From: an uncultured Thermodesulfobacteriota bacterium
Lineage (GTDB): Bacteria; Desulfobacterota; JAFDED01
NCBI GenBank assembly: GCA_964611635.1
Contig: CAZTAS010000001.1
Coordinates: 25,922-89,921, forward strand
DNA: 64,000 bases
Direction: 5' to 3'
Below are positions 8,967 through 18,827 of this stretch, piece after piece. The position numbers and the translations under genes were made by a program. Below the pieces are notes generated by a model. That model did no database searches and was not told where the DNA came from. It was given only the letters and a program-made list of their open reading frames with translations. The stretch's first letter is position 1; each line of letters opens with the position of its first letter.

Positions 8967-11537
8967 CTATGCAGTAGATTGCGATCTAGCGGCCCTCAAC
9001 TGGTCTATTTTTTGAATGATAACCTTACAGTGCTTACCCAGTTCACCGGCTTTTTGATAACGTTTCTCCAGGTTCTTTTCCAAAGCCTTATCAATGAGCT
9101 TGACGCAGACATCGGGAATCCGCTCATTTTTAAGCTTTGGATTAGGATGTCTCTCGTTGGCGATCTGGTACATAAGTGTGGCGATACTTTCTCCTTGAAA
9201 TGGTTTTTCGCCTGTCAGCAATTCGTAAAAAACCACACCCAGAGAAAAAATGTCAGATCGTCCATCGACTTTTTTACCCGCCACCTGTTCCGGAGACATA
9301 TAGCTTGGAGTGCCCAGTATAATGCCGGTTTGCGTTTTGGATGCTGAGGTGATACGAGCGATTCCAAAGTCGGTCACCTTGATATCCCTATTCTTCAACA
9401 ACATGATATTGGCGGGCTTGATGTCCCGGTGCACTATACCGTGCTGGTGAGCATATTGCAGGGCATCGCAAACGTGGGTGATAATTTCCAAAACTCGCCG
9501 CAATGGGAGCAAACCCTCTTTTCTGGTATAAGGCTCGAGATTCTGACCTTTTAAAAATTCCATTGCGATCCAGGACAAGTCATAATCCTCACCTGTGTCG
9601 TAAATCGTTATAATGTTCGGGTGGTTGAGCCGTCCAGCCGCCTTGGCCTCAGCAAAGAACCTCTCCTTCATCTCCTGCACTTGATCATTCTCGAAATCCT
9701 GGTCGAATCGAATGGTTTTAATGGCAACGACCCTGCCTATTTTTGGATCCACTCCCTTATACACGATGCCCATAGCTCCCTTGCCGAGCTCTTCAACCAC
9801 TTTGTATCTGCCCAGGGTCGGCTTGACGGATGGCTCTGCGATGATCGGTTGATCGGCCGAAGCCTGTGTTTTTCCCCCACGACCAAAACTCACAGTCTCG
9901 CCCGCCACTTTCAGCCGTTCAATTCGTGTCTGGATATCCTTGAAGTGATTATCATGGTCTGAAATATATTCATAGACCGCCTGCGCTTTATTGAATTGCC
10001 TTTTTCGTTCATAGTCTAGCGCAAGATTATACAAAAGGTCTTTCATGGGGCCGTCCACGGGGCATTTGCGGAATTTATCGAAAGCCATGTCCAGCATGCC
10101 TCGCCCTTGAAAGCTGAGTCCCAGCATTTTATTGGTTTCCACATTATCTGCCTCAACCTGTTCCTTTGCAGCCTCAGTGACAAAGAAATGCCGGGTTGTA
10201 ATAATAGTATAACTGAGGATCAAGAGGAGGGAAGGGTAGGTGATTTTTAACCAGATCCCTTGCGCCATAAATAAAATCGTTGCTCCTATTATGAAAGCTA
10301 ACAGCATGGCAGTAAATAGGATAGCTCCCCATTTGGCCCTCAGCTTGGGTAGCACTATGGAAGAAAATATTCCGAAGAAAATCAGGAATCCCAGCTCAAC
10401 CAGCCCCATCCATGATGGACGCCATATGTAATTTTGGTGAAGCAAATTTTGGACCACGTTGGCCTCGTACTCCACTCTTGGTAAGTTTATAGAGGTCGGG
10501 GTGACAAGGGTATCGTAAATTCCTGTAGCAGTTGCTCCAATGATCACAATCTTGTTTTTAAAATGGGACATATCGATCTTTTCATTAATTACATCATAGA
10601 AAGAAAAATAGGGGAAAGTCCGGTTTGAGCCATTGTATGAAATGAGCATTTTCATATCGCTGTCTGTAGGAATGAATGTTTTGCCGAGCCTAATGCCCTC
10701 GCCGAACATGACACGAATTTCGTCCATCTCCATTCCAGCATAATATCTAGCGATCTGGACTGAAAGGGAAGGGTAGAAATCCTTCTGAAACTCCATCACA
10801 AGTCTTTCTGACCGTGTGATGCCGTCTGGATCTGTATTGATGCTTATATAGCCAATCCCACGGGCGGCCTGGCTAAACTCAGGAATAGGGGAGGTAAACT
10901 TTTCAACTGGCGGCAAGTTCGTAAAGCGCAGAAGTTCCGTGTTCCCAATAGATAAATAGGCCTGGTCCACTATGTATTTTGGGATGTTCCTTGACTTTTC
11001 TTCTGAGTTGCCCTGAAACTTACGTCCGATTGTAAAATACATGGGTAAAATGACGTTCTGGGCTTTTTGAATAGCTTGAGCCAATTTGGCATTATTGTTC
11101 ATCTCATTGATGAGATTCGTGAGACCTTGGTAAAACTCCTGATTTCCTGCCTTCTTGATCTCATTCAATCCGAGTTCTTCATATCGCTTCTTGAGATCTT
11201 TGACAACGCTGAGACCGGTATCCTTTTCTGGTTCGCTAAAAATCATGGCCACGGCAATTATTTTGGCTCCGGCCTTACTTAGTTTTTCGATGATCTCAGC
11301 GAATTTCTCCCTCGGCCAAGGCCATCCACCAATTTTGGCGATACTGTCGTCGTCGATCACGACTAGCGAGATTTCTTGACCGGGATTGAAGTTCTGCCGC
11401 AGTCGAGCCCGAACGTCGTATGACTTTAGTTCAACTATCTCTAAAAAATCGAATTGGATAGCCAGCAATATTCCAAATACAACGGTCAACAATAAACCAA
11501 TCATAAAACCAGAGGGCCGGAAGGTCATTATTTTCAT
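8967..11537 (-). CDS. Membrane Ser/Thr protein kinase with an N-terminal CHASE2 sensor domain
   Basis: An N-terminal TM helix is followed by a ~330 aa extracytoplasmic CHASE2-like region (VVIDDDSIAKIGGWPWPR...), three TM helices and a TPR-like segment. The Hanks kinase domain has all catalytic motifs: GKGAMGIVYKG, VAIKTI, HRDIKPANIML, DFGIA, GTPSYMSPEQ. Confidence 0.85.
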   Translation of the reverse strand: MKIMTFRPSGFMIGLLLTVVFGILLAIQFDFLEIVELKSYDVRARLRQNFNPGQEISLVVIDDDSIAKIGGWPWPREKFAEIIEKLSKAGAKIIAVAMIFSEPEKDTGLSVVKDLKKRYEELGLNEIKKAGNQEFYQGLTNLINEMNNNAKLAQAIQKAQNVILPMYFTIGRKFQGNSEEKSRNIPKYIVDQAYLSIGNTELLRFTNLPPVEKFTSPIPEFSQAARGIGYISINTDPDGITRSERLVMEFQKDFYPSLSVQIARYYAGMEMDEIRVMFGEGIRLGKTFIPTDSDMKMLISYNGSNRTFPYFSFYDVINEKIDMSHFKNKIVIIGATATGIYDTLVTPTSINLPRVEYEANVVQNLLHQNYIWRPSWMGLVELGFLIFFGIFSSIVLPKLRAKWGAILFTAMLLAFIIGATILFMAQGIWLKITYPSLLLILSYTIITTRHFFVTEAAKEQVEADNVETNKMLGLSFQGRGMLDMAFDKFRKCPVDGPMKDLLYNLALDYERKRQFNKAQAVYEYISDHDNHFKDIQTRIERLKVAGETVSFGRGGKTQASADQPIIAEPSVKPTLGRYKVVEELGKGAMGIVYKGVDPKIGRVVAIKTIRFDQDFENDQVQEMKERFFAEAKAAGRLNHPNIITIYDTGEDYDLSWIAMEFLKGQNLEPYTRKEGLLPLRRVLEIITHVCDALQYAHQHGIVHRDIKPANIMLLKNRDIKVTDFGIARITSASKTQTGIILGTPSYMSPEQVAGKKVDGRSDIFSLGVVFYELLTGEKPFQGESIATLMYQIANERHPNPKLKNERIPDVCVKLIDKALEKNLEKRYQKAGELGKHCKVIIQKIDQLRAARSQSTA

Positions 11538-11827
11538 GGCTAAATAACATGTGATGAAGGATTCAAATGAAATATCGCTTCATCCATTATCGAAAATTCT
11601 TTGGAAATTATACAAAAATCAATCATATAATTATTAATTTTACTCAAATTATCATATTTATTGGAACATGTCAATTAAAAACACCTTTCTAAAAATAGAT
11701 ATTAGATTTGACAAAGTTTTATTATTCATATTTAAATGTCCTTTTTAAAAGTCTCAGAACAGGGCAAGGAGAGATTTTATTCTTATTGCATTTTTATTAC
11801 TTTTTAATGACAATAAATCATTAAAAA

Positions 11828-12188
11828 TCAGCATGTTGGACATACTACACCCTTTAGCTTTTCAATATTTTCTGTTATCTTTTTCCATATGCCATTTTCA
11901 TTCCAACAATAATCTATATGTTCGTCTTCTCACTTCAAGGTAAATCCTGTACCTGTACATACTGCCATATATTTTCAAGATAATGCTTTTCCCTCGTTTT
12001 GTAAGCCTTCGTGTTAGCTTCCGCTTTTTCAGCTTCTATGAATGTTGGGCCTAGAACCAGCGTGTAACCTTGCTTCTCGCCTTTCTTGATCACTTTATTC
12101 TTTATAGCAGAGTTGATCTATCCATCTCCTCTATGTCGCTTCTCTACCTATCTATTATACCATATTTCGGTTTTGTTGATTTTATCAT
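11828..12188 (-). pseudogene. Possible decayed ORF of unknown family inside the AT-rich desert
   Basis: My minus-strand translation gives MIKSTKPKYGIIDR*, then ..INSAIKNKVIKKGEKQGYTLVLGPTFIEAEKAEANTKAYKTREKHYLENIWQYVQVQDLP*, then EDEHIDYCWNENGIWKKITENIEKLKGVVCPTC* in three different frames. The pieces look protein-like, but I recognise no family. Confidence 0.25.
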
Positions 12189-12560
12189 TTTGTTTGGAGA
12201 TTACAGCGCTTCTGAGCTGCGGAACAAATAGGGTTTCTCATTTTTAAAAATTCGCAAATGATTTGGTCAAGATAATAGCATCTTGGTCTATGACTACTCA
12301 GCATTATTTAATTATGCCAATTGATCATTTAACATTAATATAGTAATTATTAATAATGATGGTTTATTTATGGATTCCTAAAAATAATGAAATTTAAATC
12401 CTATTTCCTTGACATTTCCAGGAAAATCTATTAATTATTAAATATAAATAGAATTTAAATTAGTGATTTGATAAGTTTTTTTATTTCCAATTAAGTTGTA
12501 CTCAAGAAGAGGTAAAATTGGGTCTATCATTGGGATGGATACGGACGGATATAAAGAAAG

Positions 12561-13193
12561 ATGCCAGAAGTGAAGAAGCGTTGCCCCTTGTTGAAGATTA
12601 ATGGTCAAAACCCCCAGAGACGACTGATCAGGCAAGTTGTTGAGGTGCTTCAAGCTGGCGGGCTTATCGGCTATCCAACTGACACTATTTATGGAATAGG
12701 ATGCGACCTTTTTAACAAAGGCGCAATAGAGCGTATTTACAAGATCAAGAAATTCCAAAAAAACAAGCCCCTCAGTTTCATATGTTCTGATCTCAAAGAT
12801 ATCAGCACTTATGCCCATATTTCTGATTATGCCTATAAAACAATGAAGCGCTTGTTGCCAGGGCCATACACATTTATTTTACGGGCCTCTCGGTTGGTTC
12901 CTAAAATTATGCTGACTCCGCGGAATACCGTTGGGATTCGGGTGCCCGATAATGCAATCTGTTTGGCCATCATTCGTGAAATGGGCCATCCCATTATCAG
13001 TACTAGCGTATATAAGGAGAACGAGGAGCTCTTCAATAATCCTGAGGATATATGGGAGCGATACAGTCACCAATTGGACCTCGTAATCGATGGGGGGGTG
13101 ATTGTAGCGGAGCACTCCAGCATCATCGACCTATCCAATGATTATCCTGAGGTTGTTCGCAAGGGAAAAGGTGATGTGAGTCAATTCTTATAA
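12561..13193 (+). CDS. Sua5/YciO/YrdC (L-threonylcarbamoyladenylate synthase) family protein, YciO-like
   Basis: GGLIGYPTDTIYGIGCD, PLSFICSDLKDISTYA, LLPGPYTFIL, TVGIRVPDN and GHPIISTSV are present. The pattern looks closer to E. coli YciO than to TsaC, judged from memory. Confidence 0.8.
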   Translation: MPEVKKRCPLLKINGQNPQRRLIRQVVEVLQAGGLIGYPTDTIYGIGCDLFNKGAIERIYKIKKFQKNKPLSFICSDLKDISTYAHISDYAYKTMKRLLPGPYTFILRASRLVPKIMLTPRNTVGIRVPDNAICLAIIREMGHPIISTSVYKENEELFNNPEDIWERYSHQLDLVIDGGVIVAEHSSIIDLSNDYPEVVRKGKGDVSQFL

Positions 13194-13253
13194 GGCTGGC
13201 CCGAGGGTAACTTTTTACAGCCGTTCGCATTAAGCTAATAATGGGAGGTTATA

Positions 13254-14072
13254 GTGCAAGCAAATCCTGAAAGAGAAGCTAATCGCCCGATTGTGACGCT
13301 CACCACAGATTTTGGCATGGCAGATGGATACGTGGCAGCCATGAAAGGCGTTATCCTATCAATCAACCCGAATTGCACCATCATCGACATATCCCATGAA
13401 ATTCCCCACCATGATATCCTTGAAACTCGCTATATTCTTGAAAGGACATACTCATTTTTTCCTGCCCAGACCATTCATGTTGCAGTCGTTGATCCAGGAG
13501 TGGGCGGATCCCGAAATCCCATTCTCATCATAGCTGATCGCTATTTTTTTGTGGGTCCTGATAATGGAATTTTTTGTTTCGTGCCTTACCACGAGACCAT
13601 CCAAAAGGTGATCACGCTTGCCAATGATGAGTACTTCCTTCAATCGGCTAGCGATACTTTTCATGGACGGGATATTTTTGCCTCCTGCACGGCCCATCTC
13701 ACGCTGGGTCTCCAGCCCGAACGGCTTGGGCCAGAAATCGAACAGATTGTCATGCTGGAGGAGGCCGAGCCGGTGGTGCGCGGAAATCAGATTACCGGAA
13801 AGATAACTCATATCGACCGGTTTGGAAATCTAATCACCAACATTCGGCGACAACACCTGGAAGTCCTCTCGCAAAAAGGTGCCTACGAGATCCTTGCCGG
13901 TAAAAAACGGCTGCGACGCGTGGAGAACTCTTATTCGGCAGTGCCCAAAGGAGAAATACTGGCTATTTTCGGAAGCTCCGGGGCTCTGGAAATCGCAGCC
14001 AACCAAGACAGCGCTGCTCAGAAACTGGATCTGAAACGGGGCAGTGATCTCATTGTGATAAGCACGGGCTGA
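13254..14072 (+). CDS. SAM hydrolase / SAM-dependent halogenase family protein (DUF62, SAM hydroxide adenosyltransferase-like)
   Basis: GTG start. The hallmark N-terminus IVTLTTDFGMADGYVAAMKGVILSI is present, followed by VVDPGVGG, FVGPDNG, HGRDIFA and IDRFGNLITN. Confidence 0.85.
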   Translation: MQANPEREANRPIVTLTTDFGMADGYVAAMKGVILSINPNCTIIDISHEIPHHDILETRYILERTYSFFPAQTIHVAVVDPGVGGSRNPILIIADRYFFVGPDNGIFCFVPYHETIQKVITLANDEYFLQSASDTFHGRDIFASCTAHLTLGLQPERLGPEIEQIVMLEEAEPVVRGNQITGKITHIDRFGNLITNIRRQHLEVLSQKGAYEILAGKKRLRRVENSYSAVPKGEILAIFGSSGALEIAANQDSAAQKLDLKRGSDLIVISTG

Positions 14073-14338
14073 ACGAGGAAAAGAAGTAAGGTGTTATGAT
14101 TTTTTGTTACTTTCTACTTCCGATAATATATATTATGTAAACTTATTCTTCCGAGAAAATCAATTTCTCCCTATCCAATATTATGCTATTCATGCTCTTA
14201 TTCCGATATGTGGATAATAGGTGAGATATTAAAGGTTACAAATTTTCAGGCCTGCTTTAACCTTTTTCGATATAATGGAATTTTTCGTATAAAGGATAGC
14301 AAATTCCCCAGGCGAAAATATCCAAATTACGGGCTCTG

Positions 14339-14617
14339 CTAACCGGCATTTATCCTGTTTTTCAAATCTTTTCCCACCTTAAAAAATGGTAGTTTCTTGG
14401 AATTTACCGCGATTTTCTCACCTGTCTTCGGGTTTCGCCCGGTGTATGGTTGATAATTCTTTACCACGAAGCTTCCGAAACCCCGGATCTCGATTCGATC
14501 GGATTTCACAAGAGCATCCGCCATTAAGTCGAAAATGGTTTTGACAACCATCTCAGCTTTTCGCTGGGTAAATCCCGTGTGTTCACTCAACTCCGCAATT
14601 AATTCAGATTTGTTCAT
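14339..14617 (-). CDS. ihfB: Integration host factor subunit beta
   Basis: 92 aa HU/IHF fold: MNKSELI..., RIEIRGFGSF, GRNPKTGEKI. Confidence 0.8.
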   Translation of the reverse strand: MNKSELIAELSEHTGFTQRKAEMVVKTIFDLMADALVKSDRIEIRGFGSFVVKNYQPYTGRNPKTGEKIAVNSKKLPFFKVGKDLKNRINAG

Positions 14618-14723
14618 TTCATCACCTTTTGGAAATTAAAGAAGTTAAATCAATGTATTATGATGGCAACCATAATGCTATTTTAATCTCAAGTCAAGTA
14701 GTTTTTTCCAAATTGGTACATTT

Positions 14724-15461
14724 TCACTTTTTCATGTTCTTCTTACCGCGTAGCCGCTGAACCTCATCATATTCCAGTGGGCGGTATTCTCCGGGTCTCA
14801 ATCCTTTTAGGCGAAGAAAAGCAAACCTTACCCTCCGGAGCTTGAGTACTGGGTGGCCGATGGTCTGAAACATTCGCTTGAGTTCCCTGTTCTTGCCCTC
14901 CACCATGACCACTTTCCACCATGAATTAGAACCGCGAGGCGGGCGCAGCATACTAATGTGCAGAGGACTAGATGCCCACTCGCTTTTTCCCAGGTAAGCC
15001 CCTTTTTTCAAAAGCTTTTGGGTTTTCTCAGAGGGTATACCGCGAACCTTCACATGGTAAGTTCGCGGAACCTTGAATCGTGGATGCATAAGCTGCTGAG
15101 CAAGTTCACCATCGCTGGTCAACAAGATCAATCCCTCTGCATCAGCATCTAAACGTCCTACAGGGAATAGGCGCAGTCTTTTTCCATGGATCAGATTGAC
15201 CACCGTGGGACGCCCCTGCGGATCCCGGACAGTGGATACGACCCCCCTTGGTTTGTAAAGAAGGAAATACCGCAGGGGTGCCGATCCTTTGATGGATTTT
15301 CCGCCAATCTTGATATGATCGCGAGGAATATCCACGGGAAAGGTCGGATCGATCTGAACCTTCCCATTGACTGTTACTTGCCCCGATCGGATTAGTTCTT
15401 CAGAGCGCCTGCGGGATGCGGCACCTGAACGTGCCACAATTCTTTGAAGGCGTTCCATCAT
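14724..15461 (-). CDS. rluB: 23S rRNA pseudouridine synthase, RluB/RsuA family
   Basis: N-terminal S4 domain (RLQRIVARSGAASRRRSEELIRSGQVTVNG) and catalytic GRLDADAEGLILLTSDG. It overlaps the scpB stop by 4 nt. Confidence 0.8.
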   Translation of the reverse strand: MMERLQRIVARSGAASRRRSEELIRSGQVTVNGKVQIDPTFPVDIPRDHIKIGGKSIKGSAPLRYFLLYKPRGVVSTVRDPQGRPTVVNLIHGKRLRLFPVGRLDADAEGLILLTSDGELAQQLMHPRFKVPRTYHVKVRGIPSEKTQKLLKKGAYLGKSEWASSPLHISMLRPPRGSNSWWKVVMVEGKNRELKRMFQTIGHPVLKLRRVRFAFLRLKGLRPGEYRPLEYDEVQRLRGKKNMKK

Positions 15462-16117
15462 GTCCCGGGATTCTCTCTGGAAACGTCAGTTTCTTCTGAC
15501 CGATCCACCCTCTCCTTTTTTTCCCTTTTATTTAATCTATCCAGAGACCCCTGGTTCTCAATATTGGATTTCCCAAGGCCTTCCAACTCGGCCAGTGTCG
15601 GGAGGCTGGAAAGGTCTTTCAAGCCGAAGACTTCGAGGAATTTACTGGTTGTCCCATATACAAGGGGGCGTCCTGGTTCATCGCGTCTCCCCAAAATCCT
15701 GATAAGTCCTCTCTCCAGTTGCGAACGAAGAATTCCTCCCACTTCTACCCCTCTGATCGCCTCTATCTCGGCCTTGGCCACGGGTTGACGGTAAGCAATT
15801 ATAGCCAAAGTTTCCAGAGCTGCGCGACTGAGTCGATGGGGCCTCTCACGTCGGAGCCTGCGAATCCACTCGACATATTGAGGAGAAGATCGGAACTGGT
15901 ATCCGCCAGCCACCTCTTCAAGGTAGAAACCACGCTGTTGGGAATTGAATTCCCTACACAATTCAGCCAAAGCCTCGAGCACCTCCTTGTGCTTACTGCC
16001 CTGAATGATTGACACCAACTGGTCTGCGGTTAGAGGTTTTTCCGCAGCAAAGAGAAGGCTCTCCACAATTCGTTTTATTTGGTTAGTGAATAAATGGGCT
16101 GCCTTCACCATTTTCAA
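15458..16117 (-). CDS. scpB: Segregation and condensation protein B
   Basis: ESLLFAAEKPLT..., LETLAIIAYRQPV and EAIRGV are present. It lies directly downstream of scpA. Confidence 0.85.
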   Translation of the reverse strand: MKMVKAAHLFTNQIKRIVESLLFAAEKPLTADQLVSIIQGSKHKEVLEALAELCREFNSQQRGFYLEEVAGGYQFRSSPQYVEWIRRLRRERPHRLSRAALETLAIIAYRQPVAKAEIEAIRGVEVGGILRSQLERGLIRILGRRDEPGRPLVYGTTSKFLEVFGLKDLSSLPTLAELEGLGKSNIENQGSLDRLNKREKKERVDRSEETDVSRENPGT

Positions 16118-16829
16118 CTGCCAAGATAATCCGGATGATCCCCAGGGACACGGCCTGATATACCTTGATAAACCGCATCCTCATAAGTTCCAATAAGGCG
16201 AGAAAACAGGTGACGATCTCCATCCTGGAGGGCGATGGGCTGAAAAGGGCTTCAAAATGAAGCTCCCGTTGGTGCCTGAGCTTTTCCATTAGCTCTCCCA
16301 TTTTATCCCGGACGGACATTTCGGTTGTTTCTATAGTAAAGGCCACCTGTTGGTCCAATTTCTCCAATAGCCGGCGAAATGCCTCCATTAGAGCAAATAC
16401 AGAGACCTCTTTGAACTCAATGTCCAAGGCTGATGCATCCTGTGCGATGCCGCCCCGAAGAAACACATCACGTTCCAATTGGTTTTGTTCTTCCAGGATG
16501 CGACTTGCATCTCGATACTGCTGGTATTCCGCTAGGCGTCGGATTAAGTCCTGCCGAGGATCGTTCCCCTCTTCTTCATCCTCCATCCCTTCAACTCGGG
16601 TGGAAGGAAGAAGCATACGTGCCTTTATTTCAATCAGAGTTGCGGCCATGATAAGAAAATCACCCGCCACTTCAAGGTTCATTTCCCGCATCCAGTCGAT
16701 ATACTCTATATATTGATGTGTAATGGATGCAATTGGGATATCGAAGATGTCCACTTCGTTTTTTCGCACAAGGTGCAATAACAGATCCAAAGGGCCCTCA
16801 AAGATGTTTATTTTGACCCGGTACGTCAT
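16083..16829 (-). CDS. scpA: Segregation and condensation protein A
   Basis: The N-terminus FEGPLDLLLHLVRKNEVDIFDIPIASIT is typical of ScpA. Confidence 0.85.
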   Translation of the reverse strand: MTYRVKINIFEGPLDLLLHLVRKNEVDIFDIPIASITHQYIEYIDWMREMNLEVAGDFLIMAATLIEIKARMLLPSTRVEGMEDEEEGNDPRQDLIRRLAEYQQYRDASRILEEQNQLERDVFLRGGIAQDASALDIEFKEVSVFALMEAFRRLLEKLDQQVAFTIETTEMSVRDKMGELMEKLRHQRELHFEALFSPSPSRMEIVTCFLALLELMRMRFIKVYQAVSLGIIRIILAVENGEGSPFIH

Positions 16830-16989
16830 AATATTTTTTTGAGATCCGGTTCCGGCTAAATATGATGCCCAACATCATTAAGGCGCTGCATGCTGACATC
16901 AACAGGGAAACAACCCCGGAGATTGTTCAAAGAAATTCATATTCATAAGTTGAGGATTCAGCCCACGAATGAAAATACTTGGATGGGTA

Positions 16990-17964
16990 TTAATAACGGA
17001 TACCTGTCCGCTCCCGAACCAATTCCATGGTCTCAGTAGCCACATGTCGGGCTTTTTCTGCCCCCATCCGAAGGATCTGCCGGACACCTTCCGGATTCTT
17101 CTTAAGCTCCTTGCGTCGTTGCCTAAACGGACGGAAATATTCCCAGATAACCTCGAAAAGTTCTTTTTTTACCTGTGCATAGCCCAGACCCCCGGCCCGA
17201 AACCGCTCGGCCATACGCTCCGACTCTTTGAGCGATACGAAAAGTCGATATATTGTATACAAGATGCTTCTTTCTGGATCTTTTTTATCCTGTACAGTGG
17301 CTGAATCGGTTTTGATCGAGAATATCTTCTCCCGAAGCTCTTTTTCTGTTGAGAAGATCTCGATGGTATTACCATAGGATTTTGACATTTTTTGGCCATC
17401 CGTCCCTGGAATTATTGCCAATTCTTCGTCAATATCAGCTTCTGGAATGACGAAAGTATCTCCATACAAATTGTTGAATTTGATCGCAATATCCCGGGTG
17501 ATTTCCAGGTGCTGCTTCTGATCTTGTCCAACAGGAATAAGTTGTGCCTGATAGGCCAAGATATCCGATGCCATTAACACTGGATAGGCAAATATACCAT
17601 GGTTGGGGGATATTCCTTGGTCGATTTTGTCTTTGTATGAGACACATCGTTCCAGCAAGCCCATGGGGGTCAAGCAAGAGAGTATCCATGTCAACTCAGT
17701 GACCTCCGGTACATCGGATTGGACCCAAAAGTAAGCGCGCTCGGGATCAAGCCCCAGGGAGATAAAATCAATAGCTGCAGCCAGTGTCCCTTCGCGAAGC
17801 ATATTCGGATCATGGACTGTAGTCATGGCGTGAAAGTTAACGAGAAAACAAAAAAGTTCATCTGTTTTCTGAAACTCAATCATGCGCCTCATCATGGCAA
17901 AATAATTGGCAATATGTAAGCCCCCCGAGGGCTGTATGCCGGAAAGAACTCTCATCGCCATCAC
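16990..17964 (-). CDS. trpS: Tryptophan--tRNA ligase
   Basis: Class I signatures are present: SGIQPSGGLHIANY (HIGH region) and KMSKS. Length is 324 aa. Confidence 0.95.
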   Translation of the reverse strand: MMAMRVLSGIQPSGGLHIANYFAMMRRMIEFQKTDELFCFLVNFHAMTTVHDPNMLREGTLAAAIDFISLGLDPERAYFWVQSDVPEVTELTWILSCLTPMGLLERCVSYKDKIDQGISPNHGIFAYPVLMASDILAYQAQLIPVGQDQKQHLEITRDIAIKFNNLYGDTFVIPEADIDEELAIIPGTDGQKMSKSYGNTIEIFSTEKELREKIFSIKTDSATVQDKKDPERSILYTIYRLFVSLKESERMAERFRAGGLGYAQVKKELFEVIWEYFRPFRQRRKELKKNPEGVRQILRMGAEKARHVATETMELVRERTGIRY

Positions 17965-18014
17965 CTAAAATGCGGAGAATTGGTTCTCCTCCTCCGCGGC
18001 CTTCCCTAATGGCT

Positions 18015-18674
18015 TCAGAGGAGTATACGAAGGATCAATCCGATGATCGGATTTATCACGCTGAACAAAACTCTGCTGAAGATGAGAATTATAAGGATGA
18101 TCATCCCGTAAGGCTCCAATTGGGCCATCTTCTCGCTTAAGTCGTGAGGTAGAAGGCCCATCAGTATCCGGCTCCCATCCAGCGGTGGGACCGGAATAAG
18201 GTTGAAGACAGCCAGCAACACATTGATAAAGACAGAAAAATAAAGCATAGAAAGAACAGGACGAAGGATTTTCAGAAAAAACTCTGAATGGAGGTCCCCC
18301 ACTCCCTGCTTCATCATGTGAAATAACACAGCACAGATCACTGCAAGGGCGAGGTTCGTGGCTGGACCCGATAATGAAACCAACATCATGTCGCGACGTG
18401 GGTCCCGAAAGTTTAACGGGTTAACCGGGACAGGCTTGGCGCCACCAATAATAAACCTCGATCCCGATACTATAAGTAAAAGAGGAATAAGCACGGTCCA
18501 CAACGGATCAATGTGCGGGACGGGATTGAGGGTGATCCGCCCCATCACACGGGCCGTGGGATCTCCCAGCTTTTCCGCCACCCACCCGTGTGCGGTTTCA
18601 TGAAGAATAACGGCCAGCAACAGGGTTGGGGCCACAATGGTTATCCGCTGTATCGTTTCGCTTAACTCAATCAT
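18015..18674 (-). CDS. Site-2 protease family (peptidase M50) membrane metalloprotease
   Basis: HETAHGWVAEKLGDPTA (HExxH) lies within a multi-TM protein, and the second motif NLIPVPPLDGSRIL is present. Confidence 0.85.
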   Translation of the reverse strand: MIELSETIQRITIVAPTLLLAVILHETAHGWVAEKLGDPTARVMGRITLNPVPHIDPLWTVLIPLLLIVSGSRFIIGGAKPVPVNPLNFRDPRRDMMLVSLSGPATNLALAVICAVLFHMMKQGVGDLHSEFFLKILRPVLSMLYFSVFINVLLAVFNLIPVPPLDGSRILMGLLPHDLSEKMAQLEPYGMIILIILIFSRVLFSVINPIIGLILRILL

Positions 18675-18827
18675 AAGTGGCTCATTGTGTACATCATTTG
18701 AACCTCATTGTCAATGGTGAGAAACTATTGGAAAAAATTATTTTATATATATCAATAGATTGTTCATATCATTTAAAGCATTATATTAATTTAAATCAGC
18801 AGCTTATTGAAAACAGTGATGCCTTTT

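Noticed and set aside
12327-12354. dif-like 28-mer. In reverse complement it reads ATTAATAATTA-CTATAT-TAATGTTAAAT. The right arm matches the XerD arm TTATGTTAAAT of the E. coli/proteobacterial dif at 10 of 11 positions, with partial dyad symmetry.
   Set aside because: It sits in a very AT-rich kilobase where such A/T motifs are expected by chance; my rough estimate is about a 1 in 10 chance for the 9-mer alone. The XerC arm matches poorly. Gene orientation is predominantly minus on both sides of the site across the window, which does not fit a replication terminus. A GC-skew analysis of the whole chromosome would settle it.
12438-12818. 126-aa minus-strand ORF overlapping the start of the YciO-like gene.
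   Set aside because: It is antisense to a well-supported gene and extends into AT-rich non-coding sequence with low-complexity translation.
14209-14217. Perfect DnaA box TGTGGATAA in the DUF62/ihfB intergenic region.
   Set aside because: It is a single isolated box. There is no cluster of boxes, no adjacent AT-rich DUE pattern and no dnaA or dnaN nearby. A lone 9-mer match is expected by chance in a genome.
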